A stretch of 64,000 nucleotides of DNA from a virus, in IMG/VR virus record IMGVR_UViG_3300034110_001237, positions 32,001 to 96,000 of that record. One strand, given 5' to 3'. The notes beneath the pieces are model-generated. The model did not search any database and was not told the origin of the DNA. It saw only the letters and a program-made list of their open reading frames with translations. Shown here one piece after another: positions 9,891 through 18,674 of the stretch (the first letter of the stretch is position 1; every line of letters begins with the position of its first letter). Both the position numbers and the translations under genes were made by a program.

Positions 9891-10400
9891 ATGATAAAGC
9901 TTATTTTGGTCAGTTTTTATGCCATAGTTACAGGTTGTAGTCCTGATGGACACCTAACTGATAATTTAGAACCACAAGGCAAGGCGTTTTTCAATCCTGA
10001 AAATAGAACCCTACTTGATTACAAGCTCTATGACAAAATGGACAACATCTCAAAAGATCCCCATTATACTTTTTTGAAAAAAGAAGATGATGTCACTTAT
10101 TATACCGTCAACAATCAAAAGAATGATCCACGACAATTATTGCTTACGGTCAGTGTGCGAAACGGTAAAATCTATTCGATAGAAACTCGTTACCAATATC
10201 CACATTTCAGTAATTGTAATGCGGCGACTCAACAAATCTATGATGAAACTAAAGATGTCTTCCCACTTTCAAAAAGACCTGATGTTAATGATAAAGGATA
10301 TCATTTCGATGGTGTTCATAATAATTTTATCTTTGTCACTGCGTGTACTGACCTCCTTGAATCAGATAAAATTATCCATAGTACTATTTATACACGATAA
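9891..10400 (+). CDS. putative lipoprotein
   Basis: MIKLILVSFYAIVTGC signal with lipobox; start uncertain. Confidence 0.7.
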   Translation: MIKLILVSFYAIVTGCSPDGHLTDNLEPQGKAFFNPENRTLLDYKLYDKMDNISKDPHYTFLKKEDDVTYYTVNNQKNDPRQLLLTVSVRNGKIYSIETRYQYPHFSNCNAATQQIYDETKDVFPLSKRPDVNDKGYHFDGVHNNFIFVTACTDLLESDKIIHSTIYTR

Positions 10401-10458
10401 GTGGTTGTTGACTGATGATGTAATTCGTTGATACTAGTGTTGGATACTTTCTAAAAAT

Positions 10459-10535
10459 CTCTGCGTAGCTCAGTTGGATAGAGTGCCCGCTTCCGAAGCG
10501 GTCGGTCGTTGGTTCGAATCCAACCGTAGAGGCCA
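10459..10535 (+). tRNA. tRNA-Arg(CCG)
   Basis: Cloverleaf: acceptor CTCTGCG/CGTAGAG, D loop with GGA20, anticodon loop TTCCGAA, T loop TTCGAAT, encoded CCA. Confidence 0.95.
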
Positions 10536-10556
10536 TATCATTATAGGAGACTACTT

Positions 10557-10901
10557 ATGAGCATTCAAAAATATCTATACCTTGCTGTTCTTATTGATAC
10601 TTCGCATGATTCTGTTTGTGTAGCCGCTGTAACCAAAGATACATGGGACAACCACAAGATGTATGACAATACTGATGATATTGAAGATGTAGTTGCTCGT
10701 ATTCAAGTCTCTGGTTATTTCTTAGAGTCCAGCGGATTAGATTTTTCCTTTCTAGATATCATTGAAAAAAACGAGATCCCTTTAACTCCAAAAGATGCCC
10801 CTGCCTTAATGAATGAAATTAAAAAAAGTGGTTTTGTTATCAATCATGATTTTGCTCATAAAATATACGAAGATTCTAATGGTCAATACACCGTCCCTTA
10901 G
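10557..10901 (+). CDS. hypothetical acidic protein
   Basis: AGGAG RBS; one of only two TAG-ending genes found. Confidence 0.8.
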   Translation: MSIQKYLYLAVLIDTSHDSVCVAAVTKDTWDNHKMYDNTDDIEDVVARIQVSGYFLESSGLDFSFLDIIEKNEIPLTPKDAPALMNEIKKSGFVINHDFAHKIYEDSNGQYTVP

Positions 10902-11008
10902 ACTAAATTCAACAAATAACCTCTAAAAAGAAACACTTTATAGTGTTTCACCCTTTGACAATTAATTATAAAGTGATTAAATGAAAATATAAATAATTGT
11001 ATAAAATT

Positions 11009-11449
11009 ATGTTTGCACTTATTATTACCATCGTCTCAATCGCAATGGTCACTGCATTGTCAGCCGCCACTCTCTATTACATGAGCACTGTTACATTCTC
11101 CCAAACTGTTAAAGTTGATGCTTCCGTTTTTATTTCGGGGGCTGAGCAAATCGCGGCAGCTTTTGTCCTTCACAATCTCAACGGAGTTGATAACACGCCT
11201 ACGCTGGATAGTTTACTGCCTGACTATTTAACCATCGTTCCTAACTACAAAGGAGCTGAATATTTATTTCATGCGACTTATAAAAACTACTTAACAACAC
11301 ATGTTTCGAGAGATGTGTGCTTGGAATTGAATAGTCGAAATGGAATAACTGTTGAAACTCCAGATGTAACCCAATATACTTATTCTTGTTTAGTAGGGGA
11401 TGATGTTGAACCACCACTGGCTTTTTACAAAGTTCTGGAGAACCATTGA
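11009..11449 (+). CDS. type IV pilin-like protein
   Basis: N-terminal MFALIITIVSIAMVTALSAATLYY hydrophobic helix, amphipathic continuation, C-terminal Cys pair (VCLELN...YSC). Confidence 0.55.
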   Translation: MFALIITIVSIAMVTALSAATLYYMSTVTFSQTVKVDASVFISGAEQIAAAFVLHNLNGVDNTPTLDSLLPDYLTIVPNYKGAEYLFHATYKNYLTTHVSRDVCLELNSRNGITVETPDVTQYTYSCLVGDDVEPPLAFYKVLENH

Positions 11450-11456
11450 TTGTATT

Positions 11457-12236
11457 TTAGATTCCTGCCATTTCTAATACCGTCATGTTTTCATTGAGTC
11501 CATTATCAAAAATTCCTTTTAAATATAAATCTTTTAGTTCCATGTAAAAAATTTCACAGTTTTCTGATGTTCTTATATCACTTATCGAAAAGTGAGGATA
11601 CATTTCTAAAAATGTTTGATTATATAAGAAAGCTTTCCAACTAATTTTATTAAAAAATTGATCAAATTTGTCAATTTCTCCATGAGATATTATATTTAAT
11701 GGATCAAATGATCTACTAAAATCAATATTTATTTTTTTTTCTATATTGCCTAGCTCATTAAATTTATATTTAATAATGACTACATCAATATCATCATTAT
11801 TTATATCTAAAATTCGACTGATTGAATGCTTAATTTTATTAAATTTCGTATCAATAGTGATATTAAAATCAAACATATTGTGTGTTTCTTTAAAATTCTC
11901 TTTATTATCAAAAATGTCTCTTTGACCAATTAATCTATAACCTTCGATTTGTTGATTTTTATCATATTCAAAATGAAGAGTTCCAGCAGAATCTTTGACA
12001 CCAAATGTAGAGGAAGCATGATTTTTATCACCCACCATATAACGATTAATTCGAATATTTTCAAAGTTAATCGAATCGTCATAATGTTCATTTATTTCAT
12101 TTAACCAGTGGATGATTCTATGTTTAAAATAAAAAATGTATTCAGGTTGCATCGCAACCATACAAATCCTTCTACCTTTCAGGATAGAAAAGTCTGGTTT
12201 CATATAGTCAAATTCAACAGTTTCATCAGTTTTCAT
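11457..12236 (-). CDS. C-terminal DMxxI-tag family protein
   Basis: 259 aa, ends VLEMAGI. Confidence 0.8.
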   Translation of the reverse strand: MKTDETVEFDYMKPDFSILKGRRICMVAMQPEYIFYFKHRIIHWLNEINEHYDDSINFENIRINRYMVGDKNHASSTFGVKDSAGTLHFEYDKNQQIEGYRLIGQRDIFDNKENFKETHNMFDFNITIDTKFNKIKHSISRILDINNDDIDVVIIKYKFNELGNIEKKINIDFSRSFDPLNIISHGEIDKFDQFFNKISWKAFLYNQTFLEMYPHFSISDIRTSENCEIFYMELKDLYLKGIFDNGLNENMTVLEMAGI

Positions 12237-12314
12237 TTTCGCATAATCCTATTTAATTACATTGCTGCTATTCGAATGACTTCAAAAATATCATATAAGT
12301 CATTGAGAAAACTC

Positions 12315-12785
12315 TTACAATCCTTTCTGTTGAAGATCTTCACGTTTAACGCTTTCTTCGAGCGACTTTCGAAATTTTTCAACCATGATATCAACACCAT
12401 TAGGATTTTTACGGAAGAAAGCTTCCATACGTTCCACGTTGATGTCATCATCTCCCTTACGATTATAGAATAGCAATTCGGACACTGCTTGATCAGCCAG
12501 TCCAGTCAGATCTTCATCAGAAAGGTCGTAACCTTGTAAAAGATCATGAAGCTTGTGAGCGTAAGCGTATTCAGTGATTGCTTTCACAATCAATTCGCTG
12601 CCATTTTCCATGTAATAATCATAGAGCATAGAAATATCTTTGTAAGCAACTTCATCCTTTACGAGTTCTAAAACACTCCAAATGTAGCCACCATTCGATT
12701 TTTTAAGATTTTGTTTAACCACAGAAGGTTCATACAAGCCATCAATGAACTCTTTCATTTCTTCAAAACTTTTCATTTCTGCCAT
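12315..12785 (-). CDS. hypothetical acidic protein
   Basis: AGGAG RBS, TGGTATAAT upstream on the minus strand. Confidence 0.85.
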   Translation of the reverse strand: MAEMKSFEEMKEFIDGLYEPSVVKQNLKKSNGGYIWSVLELVKDEVAYKDISMLYDYYMENGSELIVKAITEYAYAHKLHDLLQGYDLSDEDLTGLADQAVSELLFYNRKGDDDINVERMEAFFRKNPNGVDIMVEKFRKSLEESVKREDLQQKGL

Positions 12786-12913
12786 GATCCATCTCCTAAA
12801 TAATTTCGAGAATTATACCATATTGCTTCAATTCTCGCAACGAAAATATAGGCTTGTCATTTGTTGGATATTTTGTTAGAATACACACCACACTTTAAGA
12901 GGATACGCTTACC

Positions 12914-13237
12914 ATGTCTACACTTATTGATCTTGCTTTGAAAGACGCTTCTGATAGTATCGGCACATCTTCATCTGCCCAATATCAGATTAAACATTAT
13001 TTGGAAAGTACTCTTAGACAGTTACAAGAAGAGTGTCTCACACTCCAAAATGTCATTTCAATGCTAAATATCGAAACTGATGTCAAAGCATTGGAAAAAC
13101 TTAATAAAGCAGTCGAACTGAACCGTTCTCGTTATACTGATACGATTAAAGCCTCTGACCAGTTAGATAAAGCTATTGATGCACTTAGTCGTGGAAGTCG
13201 CTGGTTGACAGCAGTTTCTGATGAAGTTAAAGCCTGA
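12914..13237 (+). CDS. hypothetical coiled-coil protein
   Basis: 107 aa, GAGG RBS, heptad-like pattern. Confidence 0.8.
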   Translation: MSTLIDLALKDASDSIGTSSSAQYQIKHYLESTLRQLQEECLTLQNVISMLNIETDVKALEKLNKAVELNRSRYTDTIKASDQLDKAIDALSRGSRWLTAVSDEVKA

Positions 13238-13269
13238 ATACACCTTTTAATGAACGATAAAAAACCATC

Positions 13270-13830
13270 TTAGGATGGTTTTTTTATTGTCATCATTAAA
13301 TTTTTTTGATGTTTAATGTAGTTGATTAATTGATCTTCATTCAAATCAATTTTGTCTTGTTGTAATTGAGTAATTAGTTGTTCTTTATTGTTTTCATGTT
13401 GATATTTGGTGTTAACTATTTTTAATAGCTCTTTGTAACCTTTATCAATTTCAGCTTGATGATTACTGTTAAAAAATACAAGTTGATAGCTCGACAAAAC
13501 TATTAAGTAAAAAACTATAACACACTTTATAATTTTTATCCCATTTTTACTTGTAATATTAGATGATAAAAATGAAATAGTGTAGAAAAGTGTTAATGAT
13601 ACGGATAACACACTGCATAATATCAATATTCTTAATGTTTTATTGGTGTTTATCTGGTAGCTGTATGCAAATCCATTGATGTGTAAAAATATATCGCCTA
13701 TCAATGAAGCCGATATGTAAAAACCAAACATAAAAATTAATCCAGCGATTATAATGTTTTTTCTTTTGATTTTAAATATTGAAGTATTTCTATCATCTTG
13801 TGTGATGTTGGGTTCCATTTTAATGCTCAT
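13270..13830 (-). CDS. membrane protein, about 3 TM helices
   Basis: Hydrophobic segments. Confidence 0.75.
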   Translation of the reverse strand: MSIKMEPNITQDDRNTSIFKIKRKNIIIAGLIFMFGFYISASLIGDIFLHINGFAYSYQINTNKTLRILILCSVLSVSLTLFYTISFLSSNITSKNGIKIIKCVIVFYLIVLSSYQLVFFNSNHQAEIDKGYKELLKIVNTKYQHENNKEQLITQLQQDKIDLNEDQLINYIKHQKNLMMTIKKPS

Positions 13831-13949
13831 TTATTCTTATTATTATACGAAGTATTTCATGCAACCATTAAAAGTCAAATCATTAATTTACATTATTTTA
13901 TAGAAATTATTAAAAGACAGACGAAAAAAAAGGAACTCTTTCAAGTTCC

Positions 13950-14342
13950 TTATTCTTGTCTTACTGATACCGACACTGATTCAGAGTAATAACCGTTTGA
14001 TGACCCGAAGAATCGTAACACCACCAATCCTCGCTCAGTCGCCATTCGATAATAAGTCCAAGTAAATGATTCACCCTGATAGCAAGATACTCCAACAACC
14101 TCATCATTGCTACAAGTTTCCTCAGCCATAACAACAGTGTGTCCGATTAAATCATCAATGTCGCCAATGATCTCTTCCAAATACACGTCTTCACAGCAAT
14201 CTTGGGAGTGATAGAACGTAAACACTAAACCACTTGTTGTACGTACTACAAACTCTTCATCGTGACGGTTACCGCTCACAGATACGATAGTTTCACCCAC
14301 CATTCTGTTCAATGTTTCGTTTACTTCGTTTTGCATATTCAT
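13950..14342 (-). CDS. phage hypothetical protein with YHxQDCCE motif
   Basis: YHSQDCCEDV and GSSNGYYSE motifs, recalled from other phage hypothetical proteins; AGGAG RBS. Confidence 0.85.
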   Translation of the reverse strand: MNMQNEVNETLNRMVGETIVSVSGNRHDEEFVVRTTSGLVFTFYHSQDCCEDVYLEEIIGDIDDLIGHTVVMAEETCSNDEVVGVSCYQGESFTWTYYRMATERGLVVLRFFGSSNGYYSESVSVSVRQE

Positions 14343-14654
14343 AATAATTCTCCTATTCGTTAATCTACGAATGCATAAGAGTTTTATTTATTATTGATGA
14401 ATATGTCGCTACTATACCACGATGTAATTTTGAACGCAAGCCATTATTTTAGAATTTTAGTTATGCTTTCGTGTTGTTCATCGGTATTGTATGGATTTAA
14501 GGACTAAAACACCTTTAAAACATTGCAATGATGGATGATTTCTTGTACAATACAGACAGAGTTAAGCCAATGAGTATGGCTATAAAACAGGCTTAGTTCT
14601 TGTATTGGAGCTGATTTCAGACTTTAAATCATAAACCTATTTGGAGATAAAACC

Positions 14655-15059
14655 ATGTATCAATCTTATCAAGACTTTTTAAAAGCTACCGAAGACTCCC
14701 ATAAGGCTATGGTGACTTCTGGTGAAAAAATGAGTTTGGATGCCTATCGTGAAACAGTTGCCAAACTGTTTGGCTACGAGACAGTTGAAGCGTTCAAGGA
14801 CGTATTGGACAGCAATTATCAGCCCGGTTATGTGTTGGTGTATATGTGGCAAGGTGTGACGGACACTGTTCGAGCTTACAAAGACACCGAATCAGGAAAA
14901 GCTCAAATGCTGGAAGATTTTGTGGATAAGGTCAAAGATCGTCTGGATGTTTTGCCCGATGGTTCACTGTCGAGTGAAGACCAATGCATTCTGGATGATT
15001 CCGTAGATTCCCTGTTCTACGAAGATTCAAAAGTTACTGTGACATGCTACAAGGTGTAA
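14655..15059 (+). CDS. hypothetical acidic protein
   Basis: GGAG RBS, terminator after. Confidence 0.85.
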   Translation: MYQSYQDFLKATEDSHKAMVTSGEKMSLDAYRETVAKLFGYETVEAFKDVLDSNYQPGYVLVYMWQGVTDTVRAYKDTESGKAQMLEDFVDKVKDRLDVLPDGSLSSEDQCILDDSVDSLFYEDSKVTVTCYKV

Positions 15060-15077
15060 CATCAACCAGTTAAAAAT

Positions 15078-15100
15078 AAACCATCTTCGGATGGTTTTTT
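15078..15100 (+). terminator. intrinsic terminator
   Basis: CCATC-TTCG-GATGG-T6. Confidence 0.85.
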
Positions 15101-15180
15101 CATGATAAAATGTTCCATTTTAATGAATATTATGATATAATTTCGATATTAACCAATTGTTTTTTATTGAGGATTTATCA

Positions 15181-16116
15181 ATGAAAGTTATCCAGCATAA
15201 TACACATTTTAATCGCTCTCTGCCAAAAGATGGCATTTCCGATAACTTGGTTTCATTTTTAGAGATGATTAATCAACAATTTTCATTTGATCACGCCCAT
15301 CTCTATCATCTGACAAATGCAAATATCAGTGATTACAAAAGTGTTATCATTGAGGCTATTGGTAATCGTATTAAATTGCTTCGTGGTGTTGGGCCAAGAG
15401 ATAACCAAGATTCATTGGTTAAGGAAATTAATTCTGATTTTGATGAGATTATGGATGCAAATATTTTTCCAGTATCTTTGATTATTTTTGATTATGTCTA
15501 TGGTTCAACAGTAGAATCTTCAATGGTATTTTTTCATGAACATAATAACATGTTAATGATTAATACTAAATTTTCTACATTAGTTTTTGAAAATAAATAC
15601 TTTCATGCTCCAAATATTTCTTCATCTGATGGTCTTTATTATTCCCCTGCTGTAGAATCGCTTGCTTATGAAAGTTCTACCACAAAGGGAACTTTTCCTT
15701 TTGCATCATTTTTAATCCCTGTTAATATAGAAAAAAATCATTTTGAATCGCCATACAGAGAAATTCATCAGAAAAAAGCAGAATTTCAAGTAAGAGAGCT
15801 TGATGGTGGTCAAGATAAATTTCAACAAGTAACAATTCCACCTAATTTTGATATGAATAAATTTATGTTTCGATCTAATGGTCAGCCAAAGATTCTTAAT
15901 ACGAGACTTATCTATAACAATGAAGTTATTTTTAATGATTATGATATTATTGTTTGTGATCCACAAAAAATAGTTATGCAAAAGTTACTACCCTTTTTGA
16001 CTGACTTTAAATCACAATATGAGATTATTGATAGCATGCCTGTACAGGTTTCTTCCGAATATTATGAACATTTCAAAGCCAATATCTTGCCTGTTATTGA
16101 TATGGCTAAATGTTAA
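15181..16116 (+). CDS. C-terminal DMxxI-tag family protein
   Basis: ATG after GAGG; ends VIDMAKC. Confidence 0.85.
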   Translation: MKVIQHNTHFNRSLPKDGISDNLVSFLEMINQQFSFDHAHLYHLTNANISDYKSVIIEAIGNRIKLLRGVGPRDNQDSLVKEINSDFDEIMDANIFPVSLIIFDYVYGSTVESSMVFFHEHNNMLMINTKFSTLVFENKYFHAPNISSSDGLYYSPAVESLAYESSTTKGTFPFASFLIPVNIEKNHFESPYREIHQKKAEFQVRELDGGQDKFQQVTIPPNFDMNKFMFRSNGQPKILNTRLIYNNEVIFNDYDIIVCDPQKIVMQKLLPFLTDFKSQYEIIDSMPVQVSSEYYEHFKANILPVIDMAKC

Positions 16117-16135
16117 TATTTTTTCAAAAAAAGTA

Positions 16136-16164
16136 TTGCCAAAGTGATCGAAATGTCGTATAAT
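16136..16164 (+). promoter_or_regulatory. sigma70-type promoter for the ncRNA-tRNA unit
   Basis: TTGCCA-17nt-TATAAT with upstream A tract; no RBS or ORF downstream. Confidence 0.8.
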
Positions 16165-16170
16165 AGTCCC

Positions 16171-16525
16171 GTTGTTAAGCAATAAGGTAATCTTGGGAAG
16201 TTGGCTTAGAAGCAGCCATCTTATAATGAGTAGAGCGGTTGCCATAGGTGTTTGGGATTAAGTGATGGTAAGCATCGGGTTTAAATGATTTAGCGGTCAT
16301 TTAAAGGTATCGGTGACAAGTGAGCCACGGTTTGTCGAAATCGAATCCACATTAAAGTAGATTTTGCAGATCAAAACGCCTCAGCCAAAAGCTCCCAGTT
16401 CTTGCAATAATGTAAGAATTCGCCGTGGTTGTGGTCTTGGTCAAGTAAGGAGGCACCCCAGAAATGGTAAGGCTGAATTCTCTTTTGGCGTAATAGCACA
16501 CCATGATTATGATTGTTTTTGCAAC
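16171..16525 (+). ncRNA. structured RNA containing a split mimic of the 23S rRNA H43-H44 (uL11-binding / GTPase-associated centre)
   Basis: GTTGGCTTAGAAGCAGCCATC (16200-16220) and GCGTAATAGC (16488-16497) match the conserved 23S rRNA 1059-1079 and 1091-1100 sequences as recalled; 5' and 3' ends pair; nested helices; higher GC than flanks. Confidence 0.85.
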
Positions 16526-16530
16526 AAAAC

Positions 16531-16599
16531 CTGCCACTAAGGCTGACCTTGGCCCTCTAAAAGCTAAAGGGAACGGTTCGACTCCGTTGTGGTGGACCA
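16531..16599 (+). tRNA. atypical amber-suppressor-type tRNA (anticodon CUA), short D arm
   Basis: Acceptor CTGCCAC/GTGGTGG, A73, CCA; T arm AACGG-TTCGACT-CCGTT; anticodon loop CTCTAAA; D arm AGG-CTGA-CCT. Confidence 0.75.
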
Positions 16600-16609
16600 A
16601 CTTCTAAAT

Positions 16610-16644
16610 AATGCCAGCTCATAGTGATATGATGTTGGCATTTT
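16610..16644 (+). terminator. intrinsic terminator closing the ncRNA-tRNA unit
   Basis: AATGCCAGC...GTTGGCATT plus T tract. Confidence 0.65.
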
Positions 16645-16700
16645 ATTGTCTTTATTTTATTTTTATGATATACTTATCCAAATTTTTGGAGATCTGTTAA

Positions 16701-17357
16701 ATGCCTAATCCCGATAGAATTGCTCAGTTAACTGCAGTGGCTAATATGAGCCAGCTTGACAAAATTGAGCGGTTGACCACTACCATTAAAAAAGTCTACG
16801 GCATTGATGTGTCAGACGTAAAACTGGTTAAGAATCAAACCGCCCAGTACAAAGCGAAAACATCACTTGGTCCTGCTCGTATCTATGTTTATTCGCAGTG
16901 CATTGATATTAAATTCACATCGACTGTAGCATTTGATGGTCAACAACTCACTTTGAAAAAATCCACGGACGTGATTCAAACTATTTTTGATGACATCAAT
17001 AAACGAACGGTTATTTTTAATGTCGTCAAATTACGTCAACAAAATAATAAAGATGTCCATTTTTATGGTAATACCAAATTCAGTATTAAGATTGTGGTGC
17101 GATTTTCTGCGACTAATCCACAACTGTATTTTAAAGCGACACCTTATTCAACGTATTCTTTCTTTAACTACATGAATGAATGTGCCATGTCGGGTTATAA
17201 AAAGACGCTTGAAGTGTATTATTTGAAAGCTGAATTTGATTCCATAACAGGCGTTGAGCAAGCATTCTCTTTTATTAAAGATTACTTTAAAGGTCGGAAT
17301 CTCACGCTTGATGATGCGAAACGTTTAGCTGACTTGCAGGATATGGTAAAAATATGA
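16701..17357 (+). CDS. C-terminal DMxxI-tag family protein
   Basis: 218 aa, ends LQDMVKI, GGAG RBS. Confidence 0.85.
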   Translation: MPNPDRIAQLTAVANMSQLDKIERLTTTIKKVYGIDVSDVKLVKNQTAQYKAKTSLGPARIYVYSQCIDIKFTSTVAFDGQQLTLKKSTDVIQTIFDDINKRTVIFNVVKLRQQNNKDVHFYGNTKFSIKIVVRFSATNPQLYFKATPYSTYSFFNYMNECAMSGYKKTLEVYYLKAEFDSITGVEQAFSFIKDYFKGRNLTLDDAKRLADLQDMVKI

Positions 17358-18007
17358 GCATCTTAGATGAAACAAATTCTTCATTTTACAGTGACGGCAT
17401 TTATGCCTCTAGATCTCTATTAAATGAACACTTTAATCTTACATTTTCTAATGTAACTAAATACACTGACCATGACTATAAAGCAGATGGAGATTATGCT
17501 GTTGATATTTACATTTCAAACAGTGATGTTATCTATCTAACTTTTAAAGAAATGATTTCATTAAATGATGGTATCTTGGTATCTGTATTTGATCATCCAT
17601 TGATTAATAAATATCTAGCAGATATGAACGGTTTGTTTTGTATTTTTGATGCTGTTCGATTTACAACTGACGAAAAGAAATTTTTTTATCCTGTTATTGA
17701 AAACCTGAAACCATCCATTGTTTTTAAATATAGTATTCTTAATAGAGAAATGACAATTTCTGTTCAGTTACTTAACACCATTCAAAAAGATGGTGAATCT
17801 ATTTGCACAATAACAAAAAATACTATTATTCAAAATACTTATGAACCAGCAAAGTTTGATCATGTGTATGGATTAAAAAGCCCATTTTATCACAGTGATC
17901 TTTTAATTTATAAAGAAAGAATTTTAAAGGTTTGGGGGATCTCTCCTGACTCTCCAACCATTGACTATAAACAAATGGGACAATTAACCGATATGATTCA
18001 TATTTAA
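17354..18007 (+). CDS. C-terminal DMxxI-tag family protein
   Basis: Ends LTDMIHI; paralog of the next gene (IQNxYEP, WGI, IDY). Confidence 0.85.
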   Translation: MSILDETNSSFYSDGIYASRSLLNEHFNLTFSNVTKYTDHDYKADGDYAVDIYISNSDVIYLTFKEMISLNDGILVSVFDHPLINKYLADMNGLFCIFDAVRFTTDEKKFFYPVIENLKPSIVFKYSILNREMTISVQLLNTIQKDGESICTITKNTIIQNTYEPAKFDHVYGLKSPFYHSDLLIYKERILKVWGISPDSPTIDYKQMGQLTDMIHI

Positions 18008-18017
18008 GGCCATTGTG

Positions 18018-18674
18018 ATGACTGATGAGATAACCTATATTGATAAACTGCCTGTTGAATATAATATCTTACAGAATATTGTAAGTAATCAATTTGGACT
18101 TGTTGTTTCTAAATTTAAACAAGCTCATTATGATGGTTATATTGGACAATCTCAGTATAATGAAACAGTTAATATTTTCACAGCACGTTCAGTCTATTAT
18201 ACTTTTTCATTTGAAAACATTATTACTATTGAGAATAATCAAGTTGTTACTCGATTAAATTCACCCGTTATTCAGCTTATTCTGGATGACGTTAATAAGA
18301 CACTTCACATAACAGAAGCTTTGCGTTTTAGCCATGATGGAATCATCCATATTCCTGTTCTACCTAATGTTAAATCTTGGCTTGTTTTTAAATATAATAA
18401 TAAACTTGAATTCATGACCATTGAAATACACTTTGCAGTAATTCGTGAAGAAGGCTGCGATGCCCCTTATGAATTAACCACAAAAAATGTATTCATCCAA
18501 AATGCCTATGAACCATCAGGTTTTAAGAAAATCTATTCCATGACAGGTGAACTAATTAAAGATGATTTAGCCGGGTATCATAGTAAATTATTAGCCATAT
18601 GGGGTATTCCAGAAGATTCTACTGATATTGATTATCACCGATTAGGCGTATTAAGCGATATGATCACTATTTGA
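18018..18674 (+). CDS. C-terminal DMxxI-tag family protein
   Basis: Ends LSDMITI. Confidence 0.85.
   Translation: MTDEITYIDKLPVEYNILQNIVSNQFGLVVSKFKQAHYDGYIGQSQYNETVNIFTARSVYYTFSFENIITIENNQVVTRLNSPVIQLILDDVNKTLHITEALRFSHDGIIHIPVLPNVKSWLVFKYNNKLEFMTIEIHFAVIREEGCDAPYELTTKNVFIQNAYEPSGFKKIYSMTGELIKDDLAGYHSKLLAIWGIPEDSTDIDYHRLGVLSDMITI

Noticed and set aside
10988-10995. T4-type late promoter TATAAATA before the pilin-like gene
   Set aside because: Single occurrence in very AT-rich DNA, and a TTGACA box lies just upstream; not supportable.
16171-16599. True 23S rRNA gene or rRNA operon
   Set aside because: Only the ~58-nt H43-H44 domain is recognisable; the flanks are unrelated and the whole unit is about 430 nt.
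16171-16599. tmRNA
   Set aside because: Despite G3:U70 and the ACCA end, both acceptor strands lie within one 69-nt cloverleaf that has an anticodon arm; no GGGGC 5' end or tag reading frame is evident.
16352-16600. 82-aa minus-strand ORF
   Set aside because: Antisense to the structured RNA and tRNA; no RBS.
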